DNA of 64,000 bases from Shigella phage Henu12: sequence record OQ834936. The stretch is one strand, 5' to 3'. This document shows, piece by piece, positions 45,278-58,985 of the stretch. Position 1 is the first letter of the stretch. Every line of letters starts with the position of its first letter. The translations under genes were made by a program, and so were the position numbers. The notes under the pieces are model-generated. The model did not search any database and was not told where the DNA came from. It saw nothing but the letters and a program-made list of their open reading frames with translations.

Positions 45278-46486
45278 TTAAGCAACTCTCTTCCACACAT
45301 AAACAACATAAGATGGTTGTTCAACACTGAAAGCTTGTCCACCACCAGTGCTACCAGAAGTACCAGAGTGAGTGTGGTCAGCATTAGCAATGTTAACCGT
45401 AATGTTGTGTGAGTGAGCACCAATAGCTACAGAGTGGCTATGTGAGCCAATTGCTACAGAGTGAGCGTGAGCACCAACATACAAAGAGTGGTTGTGTGCT
45501 CCAATCGTCACAACGTGAGAGTGGTCACCTGCCCCATAAGTTGGTTGTGAAGTTGATGTTACACCACCATCACCACCTGCTGCAAAGTTGTTGTTACCAC
45601 GTCCACCAACGTTCTGTACAAGAGCTTGGTGAGTGTGATTGCCAGAGTTGTTTGTATTCCTTGAACCATAGTCAAAAGTACTGGTATACTTAGTTCCATA
45701 GTCAAAGTCACTTGTAGATTTTGTACCATAATCAAACACACTCGTTGTCTTATTTCCGTGGTCGAAACTTGAAGCTGACGCACTATTACCATGCGTGTGA
45801 GTTCCACCAGTTAAATAAATAGAGTGGGTGTGTGGTGGTAAGTTATTCTGAGAAAGTGCTACAGATGCACTACCAAAATTAGTTTCAACTGGTCTTGTGT
45901 CAGAATCATAACCAACTAATGCTCTACCTTTAGAGACAAGTTCCCAAGTCCCTCCGCACAGTAAATATGTAGCAGGGTTTGCAGGGTTAACTGACAAATG
46001 AATAGTACCAATTGGATAGCTATTCTGGATAGCTCTATATAAAGCATTCACAGCTTTTGCAGTAGCATACTTATCAGCATCTTCAGAGTAAGAGTTTGAA
46101 TATGTCCAGTTTTGAATATTAGACAAACCTACTTGAATCTTGTTAGTGTTGTGAGGGTTATTCTTGTCATTAATGTGATTTTGAATAAGGGCATTAACTT
46201 CATCACTTGAAAGGATTCCAAGGTTTAATCTAGCCTCAGCAACATTTACCACGTCTGACAAGTTATTAGCAGCCACTAATTGGAGTGCGTTAACAACATT
46301 ACCAAGTTCTACGTGAACCTTTGTAACACCGTGTGGGTTATTTCTTAAAGATGCGTGTGGAGCAAGTAATTGCTCAAGTGTGCATCGTTTATCCTCAATA
46401 CCTTGCTTAAGGTGAAAGATATCACTTAAATCAATAGGCAACGAGGCTTGAGGTAATGCACTAATTTGAATTTCACCTACTGGCAT
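45278..46486 (-). CDS. tail fibre protein with FDYGTK repeats and His-x-His repeats
   Basis: Repeats FDHGNKTTSV/FDYGTKSTSD/FDYGTKYTST/FDYGSRNTNN; C-terminus GAHNHS/GAHAHS/GSHSHS/GAHSHN similar to the C-terminus of the 843-aa fibre. Confidence 0.75.
   Translation of the reverse strand: MPVGEIQISALPQASLPIDLSDIFHLKQGIEDKRCTLEQLLAPHASLRNNPHGVTKVHVELGNVVNALQLVAANNLSDVVNVAEARLNLGILSSDEVNALIQNHINDKNNPHNTNKIQVGLSNIQNWTYSNSYSEDADKYATAKAVNALYRAIQNSYPIGTIHLSVNPANPATYLLCGGTWELVSKGRALVGYDSDTRPVETNFGSASVALSQNNLPPHTHSIYLTGGTHTHGNSASASSFDHGNKTTSVFDYGTKSTSDFDYGTKYTSTFDYGSRNTNNSGNHTHQALVQNVGGRGNNNFAAGGDGGVTSTSQPTYGAGDHSHVVTIGAHNHSLYVGAHAHSVAIGSHSHSVAIGAHSHNITVNIANADHTHSGTSGSTGGGQAFSVEQPSYVVYVWKRVA
45646..45772 (-). 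repeat. intragenic tandem repeat of about 27-30 bp encoding (F)DYGTKxTSx four times
   Basis: Direct DNA repeats visible on plus strand (ccatagtcaaa...); approximate coordinates. Confidence 0.5.
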
Positions 46487-46488
46487 TA

Positions 46489-46788
46489 TTAGCTCCCTTT
46501 ATATTCGTATGTGTAAAGGTTAGTCGTGCTAGTGGGTGCAGTTCCTGTTACTGTGTCAATTAATTCCCAACCATTGGAAACTAAATCAGGTTGCTCTGTA
46601 GCAAATGAACGAACCTCTCCAACCGTACCATTTACTTTGTTAAGCAAATAGTTGATAATATAGTTAAACCACTGACGACCCATAGGCTCACCCCTTAATA
46701 GGCCAGTGGCTTGAATTTCTGGAGGTGGTAAAACTTTAAGCTGGTTACCATCAGCATCAACTGTGTCTGTAGACCATGAAAGAGACAT
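46489..46788 (-). CDS. hypothetical tail/fibre-associated protein (99 aa)
   Basis: ORF track; located between baseplate and fibre genes. Confidence 0.45.
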   Translation of the reverse strand: MSLSWSTDTVDADGNQLKVLPPPEIQATGLLRGEPMGRQWFNYIINYLLNKVNGTVGEVRSFATEQPDLVSNGWELIDTVTGTAPTSTTNLYTYEYKGS

Positions 46789-47684
46789 TATGAACTTCCT
46801 TCTTGTTGAGATTTATCTTTTCTGCCTTTGACGATTTGGGCGACTTCTGCCATAATCCCATAATCACCACCTGCTACTGTTTCTTTACCAGCAATGAAAT
46901 AGTCGTTGCTATTGTTTGTTTTGCTGACTTTTAAATAATCTTTACTGGTACTTCCACCAGTTTTATCCACTCTTACATAACCATCTCTTACACCTGCATC
47001 TGCAAAACTACCTAATTTATTTGCTTCTAGAGAGCCACCTGTGTTGTTCGTAATAAGACCCTTGTTAGTGTTTGTTACAAACCAGTTATTGTTCTCATCA
47101 GTAATTGCCAGAGATGAATCAGCAACCTCTACAGGAGTCCAAGCAGTACCATTTAAGGTAACATCTCTAAGGATAACTGCTGAACCAATAGTTGTTGCAG
47201 CAATCTTAGAAAGTGTGTATGCTGTATCTAACACGTTATTACGAGTGTTTACACGGATAACAATTCCACCAGTCATTGGTGTGATATGTTCAAAGATTTG
47301 ACTAAACGTTGCATTGTAAAGGGTCATAACAGCCCTTTGTAAGAAGCTTGGTGTGGTATCAGAACGTCTTAAGAAAATTTGAATGTAGAGGATAGCTCTG
47401 TAAGTGTCATCATCAGCACCAATAGGTCTAGGGACTTTAATCAAAGCCCCAATGTTATCAAGTTGTGTGCCAACACCTACACGAATATTTCTTTCAGTAT
47501 ATAACTGATTACTGATATCCTCTAATAATTGTAACTCATCTGTGATAGATTTCAATAGACTCGTGTAAATAAACTTATCTTTGAATTGAGTTACAGTTCT
47601 TTCGTCCAATGTTTTCTCATAAAAGTTTTCAATCTTTTTAAACATTGTTACTCCTTGGTAATTGTATACTGTGAGCTTTCCCAA
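46788..47684 (-). CDS. baseplate/fibre-attachment protein (P2 gpI-like position)
   Basis: Synteny: follows a J-like gene and precedes the fibres. Confidence 0.45.
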   Translation of the reverse strand: MGKLTVYNYQGVTMFKKIENFYEKTLDERTVTQFKDKFIYTSLLKSITDELQLLEDISNQLYTERNIRVGVGTQLDNIGALIKVPRPIGADDDTYRAILYIQIFLRRSDTTPSFLQRAVMTLYNATFSQIFEHITPMTGGIVIRVNTRNNVLDTAYTLSKIAATTIGSAVILRDVTLNGTAWTPVEVADSSLAITDENNNWFVTNTNKGLITNNTGGSLEANKLGSFADAGVRDGYVRVDKTGGSTSKDYLKVSKTNNSNDYFIAGKETVAGGDYGIMAEVAQIVKGRKDKSQQEGSS

Positions 47685-49117
47685 ACAGTGTACTGGTCAC
47701 CATCAATAGTGATTCTTGAAGTTGTGTACTGCCCCTCAGCAGGTGGAATTGCTTGGTTATTTGAAAGTGCTACTTTGATTTCATTAATCTCGATACCTTG
47801 AATCACATCATAGATATGTCCATAGATTCTGTTAGGGATTACATCGTTACCAACTTTCAAAGTTCTACCGTAGGCATTAATACCTTGAACAATTCTGTCA
47901 TGAATATCCTGTTCAGGGATGTTAAGAGTTTCTTCATCGTAAAGAGAGTAAGTAACCTTGACAAAAACGTATTTAGGCATTGGTCTACTAAAGTAAACGT
48001 CGTGAGGTAATGAACCTAAGTCATATGCAGTACCAAAGATAGTACCAAATGCACGAATACCAGCAGGTTTCGTGTCCCAGATTGCCTGTGCAATATTATC
48101 ATTCTGACCACCAACTACAACAATCTTAAAAGACTTCGGAGGAAGACCATCAGCGTTTGTTGTCTCAGTATCATTTTCTACACCAGAAGCATCAGACACA
48201 CCTTGAACCCTCTTGACAGCAGCCACAATAGCGTCTAAAGTACCTACACCAGTAACGGCTAAGGATTCTAGGTAACGCTGTCTAAGCTCTGTGTCAGTTT
48301 CTTCGTTACGACCAGTTACTAAATCATATCTGTTGAATACACTATCAAGACCATCTACAGTTGTCTCAATTTCAATAAGTGTCCCTGCTAAGGTCTGGAT
48401 AGCTCCAGTTTCTTCAGCTACAACGTCACTAATTGACACAATCTTTGTAAATGTTAGGAAGGTTGTTGCAGTTACAACCATAGGGTTTGTTCTTGCAATG
48501 ATATCTCCAGTATCTTTGTAGATTCTTAATAGGGAGCCATCATTAATAACTTCAGCCTTTGCAACAATACCACCATTAATAGCATCTGCTAAGTTTTGTA
48601 GCAGGGTTGTGATGGTGTCGGAACTTGTAGGGTGATAAGAGTACTCAACGTTATCAATGATAATAACATAGTTTGCATCAGTACGTAAAGAGTTAACTTC
48701 CAAATTTGCTTCAACACAGTAAGAAGGTGTCAATGTAAATGTATTCACAGGGTAAAAGATATTACCTGCTGTGCTTCTTAATCTTGTAGTGGCTGGTACA
48801 GGAGCACCAGAATTACCAGTGAACTCAGCTTGGCCTCTTGTAGCCTGTGCCACATATCTGTATACAGCATTCAAAGCTGTTACATCATCTAAACTGAATC
48901 CTTCAGCTTTGTCAATAGTACCACCGTCATAAATTTCTGACAAGATTTCATGAACGTCTGCAAGACCCCGGCAAACAGAAGCTAAGAATAACCCAAGTTC
49001 GCTATCTTCAGAAACATCAAGGTTTGGTGAGATATCTCTATACAGACTTGCTTTAACATCATCCAAGATTTCTTGATATCTTTTTGTTTGTAAACCTGTA
49101 GTTGTTAATCCAGCCAT
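47648..49117 (-). CDS. baseplate J-like protein
   Basis: Size (489 aa) and position in a V-W-J-I-fibre order. Confidence 0.55.
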   Translation of the reverse strand: MAGLTTTGLQTKRYQEILDDVKASLYRDISPNLDVSEDSELGLFLASVCRGLADVHEILSEIYDGGTIDKAEGFSLDDVTALNAVYRYVAQATRGQAEFTGNSGAPVPATTRLRSTAGNIFYPVNTFTLTPSYCVEANLEVNSLRTDANYVIIIDNVEYSYHPTSSDTITTLLQNLADAINGGIVAKAEVINDGSLLRIYKDTGDIIARTNPMVVTATTFLTFTKIVSISDVVAEETGAIQTLAGTLIEIETTVDGLDSVFNRYDLVTGRNEETDTELRQRYLESLAVTGVGTLDAIVAAVKRVQGVSDASGVENDTETTNADGLPPKSFKIVVVGGQNDNIAQAIWDTKPAGIRAFGTIFGTAYDLGSLPHDVYFSRPMPKYVFVKVTYSLYDEETLNIPEQDIHDRIVQGINAYGRTLKVGNDVIPNRIYGHIYDVIQGIEINEIKVALSNNQAIPPAEGQYTTSRITIDGDQYTVWESSQYTITKE

Positions 49118-49532
49118 TAAATGTTTACCTCTGTATTAATTTCAACATCGTCAGCAGTTGTCGTTGCATTAAATCTTACTGACACTTTCCTCATTGCATT
49201 ATCCATTGTTGAAGAGTAGTTGTAGATGTTTGTTACATCTCTCGTTTCAACAAGGTAACCTTTCATATAATTATCAAAAATAGAGGTCTTCTGCTTGAAC
49301 TTAGCAAGCTGTAAATAAGGGAATCCAGCAGATGTATTAAAGAATACCTCTCCAGCCCTTAGAAGACACCTAATATGTAATCTTTGAGCTACCTGAGTAG
49401 CTTTATCGTCTTCTGGGATAATTCTAATCTGATTACCCGTAATTTTTAAATCTCCGTGAGCAACGTATACAGAATCATTTCCTAATTTAGCTACGTAGTC
49501 ACCACCAAGATTAATTGCAAAATCTGTTTTCA

Positions 49533-49533
<1 letters not shown>
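49117..49533 (-). CDS. baseplate protein (gpW/gp25-like position)
   Basis: 138 aa, between V-like and J-like genes. Confidence 0.45.
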
Positions 49534-52294
<2,761 letters not shown>

Positions 52295-52295
<1 letters not shown>

Positions 52296-54532
52296 TATTC
52301 ATCCTCTGGGTAGCTAGAGTTTAACAGAATATCTTCCTGACTCTTATCAGTGATATCCACCATCTTAGTAGCAATCTGCTTACCATCCAGATTAAAGGAA
52401 ACGTTAAGCGTCTGCTTAGTTTGCAATGGTAGTCCAGAGGGAGTCATCATCATAGGTGTCTGGTTAAACTTGTTTGCAAAGTTATTTAGAGACTCAGACA
52501 GGTTGTTCATGATAATATCCCAATTTGACAAACCATTATCAACCCTCTGAATATTTCCAGAAGTGTCTGTGGTATATTGTGCAAACTGAAGTTGCCCATT
52601 CTGGTCAAAGAACATTGGACGTTTTGGATTAGTGATTCCTGAGATAGCTTCATTGAAAGGATTAGGTGTGTTAACCTCGTTAAATCTCTTTCCAGCATTC
52701 TTGTCAACTGAACCAGATAACATTAATGCAGAACCACCTACACCAAGAGCCATTCTGGTTGCTGATACACCAGCCGTTGTAGCTGCTGTTTCTGCTGCTG
52801 TAGTTAATCCAAACTTCTGTGCAATCTTAGCTAAGATACCTTCTTCAAAGATACTCTTGACAAATGCTACAGTACCACCAAAGATTTTAGCGACTTTTGT
52901 AATAGCTGCAATTGAGACACCAATAGCGGTGAACGTAGCAACTAACTCAGCAGAATCCTTGATTAGTTTCTGTTGACTAGCATCTAATTCCTTGAAATAG
53001 CCCATTGAGGTATAGTACAATGAAGAAATGCGGTACATGATATCTGTCACGAAGTCTAGAAGGTTACTAGCACCTTTTAAAAGGTAACCAATACCTGTAC
53101 CAAGTGCTTCAGATGTACCAAGGGAACCTTGCAAGAACATTGCAACTGAGTTAGAGAGTTGTGAGATACCTTCGCTAGAGTTGTTAAACAAAGCTACAAG
53201 GGTGTTATCCCACATTGCCTTTGCTTGACCCATAGAGGTAGCTGTCTGCTTAGAAACTGCATTCATACCACCTGCTGCTTCAACAAGCTCTCTCATTTTT
53301 TCTGAGACTTTTGGTAGAACGTCTTTTGCAAGAAGCTGACCATCTTTCATCATCTTGTCAAGTTCTTGTGGAGTTTTACCAATAGCATCAGCAAATAACT
53401 GAACCGCACCTGCCAAACGGTCACCTAACTGACCACGAAGTTCTTCAGCCTGAATCTTACCTTTAGATGCCATTTGCTGGAAAGCAACCATGATACCTTT
53501 CAAGTCTTCATCAGAAGCACCACGAATACGTGAGAACATAGCAGCATTTTTATAGAACTCTTGAGTTCCTTTAAAACCTAACTCTGGTTGAGCACCAGCA
53601 GCGAAGTTTGAGTACTGCTTCATAGTGTCTGTGTAGTTCTGACCAATCTGGTGAGAGAACGTAGCAGCGAACATTCTAGCTTGCTGTGTATCCCCTCCAA
53701 AGATAGCTGTTGAGGCTAACTGTGCAGACTGTCTCTTTACACCTGCATCAATAGTCTTCTGAGCTAATTCCAGCATAGCATACGCTGAAACAAAACCACC
53801 TACAAGCTGTCTTAGTGAAGAGTTTGCTCTGTCTTGTAACCAAGCTGACTCTCTGACTGCCTTAAGTCTAGCATTTTCTGCAATAACCCAACGTTTGGTA
53901 GTGTCAATGAGTTTCTTGACTTCCATCTCATACTCACCAACTTTACCACTACCTTTGTACTTATTATAGATTCCTTGTAAGCTTCCTCTGAAGGAAGTAG
54001 CCATTTGGTTACCTTGTCCACCAATTGTTTCAAGACGACGAGTCAAACCAGAATAGAAGTTGTTGTTAAACATTCTTTCCATCTGTCTTTGAGCAATATC
54101 AGGTCTAACTCTAGGTGAACCACCACCTCCAACCGGAGGGATAGTGTTACCACGGCCTCTACCAACTCCACCACGAACATTGACTTTACCTTCAACATTC
54201 ATAGCTTGTCTTAGAGCCTTATTAATTTCTTTGGCTGTTTTCTTACCCTGTGTTTCTAATCTACGAAGTGATTTTACACCTTGTGAATCTAAATTCATAG
54301 CATTGTTTAGGGATTTATTGATTCTGCCTGAAGCAGTCTGAGCGTTTTTTACAAGTCTGTTTAGAGCGTCTTGTGAACTTCTATTAGGCTTCACATCAAA
54401 GGCTTTATTGATATTGCGTTCAATACGTTGAGCAGACTGCATAGCCATTTTCTCAACTCTTTGCAAACCCTTAATAACCTTTTCACTGAATCCAAGTTCA
54501 ACAATAAAACTATCAACTGTATATTGTGCCAT
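52295..54532 (-). CDS. tail tape measure protein
   Basis: 745 aa, helical repetitive composition, G-rich segment, glycine-zipper-like hydrophobic stretch; positioned after the chaperones. Confidence 0.75.
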
Positions 54533-54821
54533 TAAATTTTACCTGCTTTTCTGAGTTCGTTGTAAGCCATTTCTTCTTTATATGACTTCTGGATTTCTAA
54601 ATATTGACGTAGAGATAATAAATCAACGAAGGTCATATCAAAAAGTTGGTTGAGTGTTTCTTTACACCCATCCATACCATAAATAGCAAGCACAAATTTC
54701 ATCTCATCTGCTTCATCATAAGTTGCCTTTACAGCCCCGTCAGTCAGCGGGGTCTGCATAGAATAACTTAAGCTTCCTGTTGAGAAGTTAGGCTTTTGAA
54801 AATGCTTGCCTCGAAAAAACT
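54532..54821 (-). CDS. tail assembly chaperone -1 frameshift extension (fusion with the 54768-55169 product)
   Basis: The -1 frame is open from 54855 to the stop at 54532 and passes through slippery heptamer U UUU UUC (54819-54813). Confidence 0.5.
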
Positions 54822-55169
54822 TCCGAAGTTTGCCTCCAAAGCAAAAGCTAAAAAGTCAATAAATTCACCGTAGTTCGCTTGGAAGTAACTATCAATTTTC
54901 AGTGGGAAGTCATTAACTGTTGCCCCCTGAAATAGTGTCTCTGCCATTGCATCAATATCTAGTTCATCAACCTTTTCAAAGCAAGCTTCAACGAGTTCTT
55001 TAAATGGGATTTTAGATTCCCCATCTTTAGAGGTTAAACCAGAGAACATCTGTGCAAATGCTGGTACAACTGCTTTACCAAGTTTCATAGAGATACGGAT
55101 ACCATCTCTTGCTCCAAGAAGAATAATAGTTACCTTCTTGCCATTAATCATTTTAGTTTCAGTCTTCAT
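54768..55169 (-). CDS. tail assembly chaperone
   Basis: 133-aa acidic protein between tail tube and tape measure; followed by the frameshift-accessible ORF. Confidence 0.6.
   Translation of the reverse strand: MKTETKMINGKKVTIILLGARDGIRISMKLGKAVVPAFAQMFSGLTSKDGESKIPFKELVEACFEKVDELDIDAMAETLFQGATVNDFPLKIDSYFQANYGEFIDFLAFALEANFGSFFEASIFKSLTSQQEA
54813..54819 (-). other. slippery heptanucleotide UUUUUUC (X XXY YYZ) for programmed -1 ribosomal frameshift
   Basis: In the upstream gene's frame reads AGU UUU UUC GAG; the -1 frame reads UUU UUU CGA. Confidence 0.5.
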
Positions 55170-55192
55170 TGTGATTCCTTAAAAGTTATGCT

Positions 55193-55233
55193 ATAAAAAC
55201 ACAAAAGGGGAAGACCTTTTACAGTCTCCCCCT
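55193..55233 (-). terminator. intrinsic terminator (GGGGGAGAC-loop-GUCUUCCCC plus U-rich run) after the tail tube gene
   Basis: 9-bp stem and UUUUGUGUUUUU on minus RNA. Confidence 0.6.
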
Positions 55234-55245
55234 TATTAGGATTTG

Positions 55246-55692
55246 TTAAACGCTTGACGCAGGGATTGTTGAAGTGTAGTCTAACTTCTCACAACCGAAA
55301 ATCCAAGTTTTCGAGTTCTGGTCACGACCTAATTCAATCTGTGGAAGCTCTTGCAACCAAGCATTAATACCTGTTGCCAGAACTGAACCAGATGGGTCGT
55401 AAATTACAAAGTTAGATGAGATATCTTCTTCAAGTTCCATGTCATCTTGTTTAGCTTGAATTGCAGAAAGCATCTGGTTTGATAGAGAAGTCTGCATTAG
55501 CTCAATCTCAATCGTACCTGTCTTGTCTGCATTTCTTGTCAGAGCTACTTGACCACCTGCACCTACAACTGGCGTAACAAGTGGAGAAGTTCTCTGAAGA
55601 CGCAAGAATGAGTCTGGTGCAAAACCTTCAATGGCAATGCCATTCCAGCTACAAACTACATCTTTAGGGGAATATTGCTGATACATAGCCAT
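55246..55692 (-). CDS. tail tube protein
   Basis: 148 aa, immediately downstream of the sheath gene. Confidence 0.6.
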   Translation of the reverse strand: MAMYQQYSPKDVVCSWNGIAIEGFAPDSFLRLQRTSPLVTPVVGAGGQVALTRNADKTGTIEIELMQTSLSNQMLSAIQAKQDDMELEEDISSNFVIYDPSGSVLATGINAWLQELPQIELGRDQNSKTWIFGCEKLDYTSTIPASSV

Positions 55693-55706
55693 TCCTAATT
55701 ACTCCT

Positions 55707-57059
55707 TTATTCGTAAGCCACTGTGCCTTTCAAGTCAACATCCAAGATAGCCCCTGCAAGAATACCGTGGAAGGTAACGTCTTTCAGGATACGTGCTTTC
55801 TTATCTGCCAATGCAACTTGTGAGGCTTTAGGAACAGTAACGGTGTAAGTTGACAAAAAGTTTCTGTTAACTGCTCGCTGAAGAGATGTTTCAATGACCT
55901 GACGAATACGGGTAATACCAGTATCATCATAAGTAATCTTACCACCCTTCTGATTAATTAGCAAGTCTCTCAGAGATGTTTTCAAATCAGATTCAAGCCA
56001 ATCAACACCACGTACAATATCAATCCATTCACCACCAGAAGTGATACCTCTACGCACTACAGGAACCCCACCATCGAGGTCAATGAAATTACAGCTACGG
56101 GTATCCAAAGCTGACTTCTGAATGCTTGTCAGTGGTCTCTGGTTAGCAGGTTGTAGAGATGCTGCAACACCAGTTAATTGAGCGTTACCCCAAGCAATTG
56201 AACCTGCATCATATGGAGAACCATATGCGATGTAAGCCATTTCTGGGTAGTCATACTCGGCTGTGTGATGCCACAAGCAAACTGTACGAGTGTACTTGCT
56301 CTTAGCTAACTGTGCCGGAACGTCAGTAGCAGAAGCCAGTTCAGTTCCTTGCAGAGCTTTCACGTCATTGCTTGCTGTGAAGAAAATCTTTCTGCGAGCC
56401 TGAATCTCAGAAGCCATTGCAGTAACGAACTGTGAAGTTCTGTCTTCAGTTGCAATAAAGTACCAATCAGTTGAGTACGTTTCAATTGCAGCCAGAGCTA
56501 CAGAAGCACTATCAGCAGTTGTTGCAGAGATTGAAAGAGTCTGTGCAGTTGTTGTAACTTTTACGAAATCATTCTCTCCAGCTTTTGTGATAATCATCGT
56601 AGCAGAACCAGCAGAACCGGAAACGCTAACTGTTACATTATCCTTCAAAGCAGGGTTTGCTTCAATCTGTGTCTTAAACTGAGTCAGTACAACTTCAGCA
56701 GTGTCATCAGACTGAGCAGTGTACTGGAACGGTTGAGAAACACCGCCACCTACAGCAACTGTCAGAGAGTAATCTGTACTTTCAGTAACTTCGTCAGGAA
56801 TAGAAACAGTATATTGCATAGTTCTTCTACCAATATACAGTTGAGTTACTTTTGGAGTTTGGCTCCATAGCTGTTTTGCAGCTTTATACGCAGCAGTACT
56901 TTCATCAAAGTCTTCAGCTACTTCTGTTAATGAAGTATAACCACGGATTCTTTCTTCAAAGTTATCTGTTGAAGCAAGGAATAATGGTAAACCAAAACCT
57001 TCTCTTGTAGTTCCTGCTGTGTTCAATGTAATATCTACATTAACAATTGGATTCCACAT
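55707..57059 (-). CDS. contractile tail sheath protein
   Basis: 450 aa; position and general character of sheath proteins. Confidence 0.7.
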   Translation of the reverse strand: MWNPIVNVDITLNTAGTTREGFGLPLFLASTDNFEERIRGYTSLTEVAEDFDESTAAYKAAKQLWSQTPKVTQLYIGRRTMQYTVSIPDEVTESTDYSLTVAVGGGVSQPFQYTAQSDDTAEVVLTQFKTQIEANPALKDNVTVSVSGSAGSATMIITKAGENDFVKVTTTAQTLSISATTADSASVALAAIETYSTDWYFIATEDRTSQFVTAMASEIQARRKIFFTASNDVKALQGTELASATDVPAQLAKSKYTRTVCLWHHTAEYDYPEMAYIAYGSPYDAGSIAWGNAQLTGVAASLQPANQRPLTSIQKSALDTRSCNFIDLDGGVPVVRRGITSGGEWIDIVRGVDWLESDLKTSLRDLLINQKGGKITYDDTGITRIRQVIETSLQRAVNRNFLSTYTVTVPKASQVALADKKARILKDVTFHGILAGAILDVDLKGTVAYE

Positions 57060-57659
57060 TTATTTTACCCCTTTGGAGTCTACATCTAGATGGATAGTAT
57101 ATTCTGGTGGCTCCTGTCCTTCCTCGTAAACCAATTCACCATCCACAATGACACGTTCAATAATACTTCCACGTTCATCTTTTAATACTGAATTTTTTAC
57201 AAGGGTTACAACAAGAGGTGCAGAATTTTCAAAATCTGTGTTGAGATAAGTATAATCATTTGGGATAGCCCCTGTATCAAGTACTGAAGCACCTGTCATG
57301 TCAGCTAGATAATCTCTTGTAGTACTCATCTCTAATCTTTGTTTTAGCTCAAGCATAATACTGTGAGCACCTTTACCATTTACAGTAATCAGTACAGGAA
57401 TCTGAAAAGCAATTCTATAACAAACTACATCATCTTCCACGAACTTATCAAGAACCCAACCATAAGGTGTGGTAGCATCTTGACAGTATACTGTAATAAA
57501 AGGCTGGTCTGGTTTTAGACCTTTATCATTGGAATTATCTGAAGGGTAAGCCCTAATAACATTTGGTCTGTTATTCTTGTCTCTCGCTAAACGGTGACCA
57601 ATAACATCAACCAAAACTCGGACAATACCTTTCTCAAGTTCTGCTGTTTCTAACTGCAT
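57060..57659 (-). CDS. neck/tail completion protein (putative)
   Basis: Synteny between capsid and sheath. Confidence 0.4.
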   Translation of the reverse strand: MQLETAELEKGIVRVLVDVIGHRLARDKNNRPNVIRAYPSDNSNDKGLKPDQPFITVYCQDATTPYGWVLDKFVEDDVVCYRIAFQIPVLITVNGKGAHSIMLELKQRLEMSTTRDYLADMTGASVLDTGAIPNDYTYLNTDFENSAPLVVTLVKNSVLKDERGSIIERVIVDGELVYEEGQEPPEYTIHLDVDSKGVK

Positions 57660-58035
57660 TCATCTTATCCCTTCTAATAATGATATACTCATAATGGGAT
57701 GTGTGAGCTAATTGTTCAGACCAATCCATTGTCATAAAGACTTCGTATTCGTGTCCCTTAATCATGACAATATCCGCTTCAGTCCAATCAACATCATCAG
57801 ACGTTCTTAACTCAGCTACAGTGAAAAGGATTCTTGTATCTGTCAATCTGATACCTTCAGGTAAAACAATCTGTGTACCATTCTTTACAGAACCCTTAAT
57901 ATAAGGTTGAATATTACCTTTACAGTTAATTGATACAATATCCTGTGAAGCTACCCAATCACCATCTTCATTGTAATAACCATCTTCAGATACCTTCCTT
58001 TTAACTACAAAGCTGTGTCTATTTAAGAGTCTCAT
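57634..58035 (-). CDS. head-tail joining protein (putative)
   Basis: Synteny. Confidence 0.4.
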   Translation of the reverse strand: MRLLNRHSFVVKRKVSEDGYYNEDGDWVASQDIVSINCKGNIQPYIKGSVKNGTQIVLPEGIRLTDTRILFTVAELRTSDDVDWTEADIVMIKGHEYEVFMTMDWSEQLAHTSHYEYIIIRRDKMNAVRNSRT

Positions 58036-58514
58036 TTTTTAATACCTTTCTTAGTAGAGATTTTATAAACAAGGTTATCTCGTAAATCTCCAGTTTCCAC
58101 AAGAGGGGCATTGAAACCTTTCTTTTTAACTGTAGATGGAGCGTTAGGAGGCAATATAGCCGTATTACCAAAACCTCTTTTAATTGCTTTCTGAGCACTC
58201 TTTGCAAATGCTTCTAAAGTATCTGAGGGGTCAGTATTAAGACTGTTTAATTGCTTATAGAGATTCTTCTTAGTCTGCTCTAACAAGGCCTGTCTGTGTA
58301 ACATCATAGTAATTTCAAACAACCTACGATATACTTTGCCTGAAGCTGCTGGTACACCAATAACTTCATGCAAGTACATTAAAGCAGAGTAAGAAAAACC
58401 AGAGCTATGTTGACCTTGTTCCTGAAAATACCCAACTTGAGCATTAGCCGTATGCAAGTTCTTCATAGCCCCGACTAATTTAGCTCTAGCGGGGTGAATA
58501 ACCCTTTTAACCAT
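58032..58514 (-). CDS. head-tail adaptor / virion morphogenesis protein (putative)
   Basis: Synteny. Confidence 0.4.
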   Translation of the reverse strand: MVKRVIHPARAKLVGAMKNLHTANAQVGYFQEQGQHSSGFSYSALMYLHEVIGVPAASGKVYRRLFEITMMLHRQALLEQTKKNLYKQLNSLNTDPSDTLEAFAKSAQKAIKRGFGNTAILPPNAPSTVKKKGFNAPLVETGDLRDNLVYKISTKKGIKK

Positions 58515-58963
58515 TATTCATCTCGCTCGATAATAAATACACCGTTGACACGTTCACAGTAATCTCTACCATAGTATCTAACAGCATCGCCATATTCAGT
58601 ATATTTCTTGACAGAGCAAGGATTTTGACGACGCATGTCAATATCACACTGGTTAATACCACCCGCATAAGGGAGGCCACTAACAGAGCTTTTAACTAGG
58701 TCGTCATAGACAGCTTTCAGAGATTTGAATCTGGAAGAGTTTCGTAAATAAACACCACCAACTTTCTCATCTCCCATCTTGGCTACTTGAAAGAGTAAAT
58801 ATTTAAGAGCTTTGATGGCTGCTTTCTTTTCATCCTTTCCAGATTCTTGGTAGAACCACTCTAGCACCGATTGGTCAATGAGGATTTCATTGTTGTCAGT
58901 ATCGGTGCAGAGGATTCGAACTCTATCAAGAGGGTTATTAGCGGGGTCGCCTGTATAACACAT
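58514..58963 (-). CDS. head completion protein (putative)
   Basis: Synteny directly downstream of the major capsid gene. Confidence 0.4.
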   Translation of the reverse strand: MCYTGDPANNPLDRVRILCTDTDNNEILIDQSVLEWFYQESGKDEKKAAIKALKYLLFQVAKMGDEKVGGVYLRNSSRFKSLKAVYDDLVKSSVSGLPYAGGINQCDIDMRRQNPCSVKKYTEYGDAVRYYGRDYCERVNGVFIIERDE

Positions 58964-58985
58964 TTATAACCCTCCTTTCAAGTTA

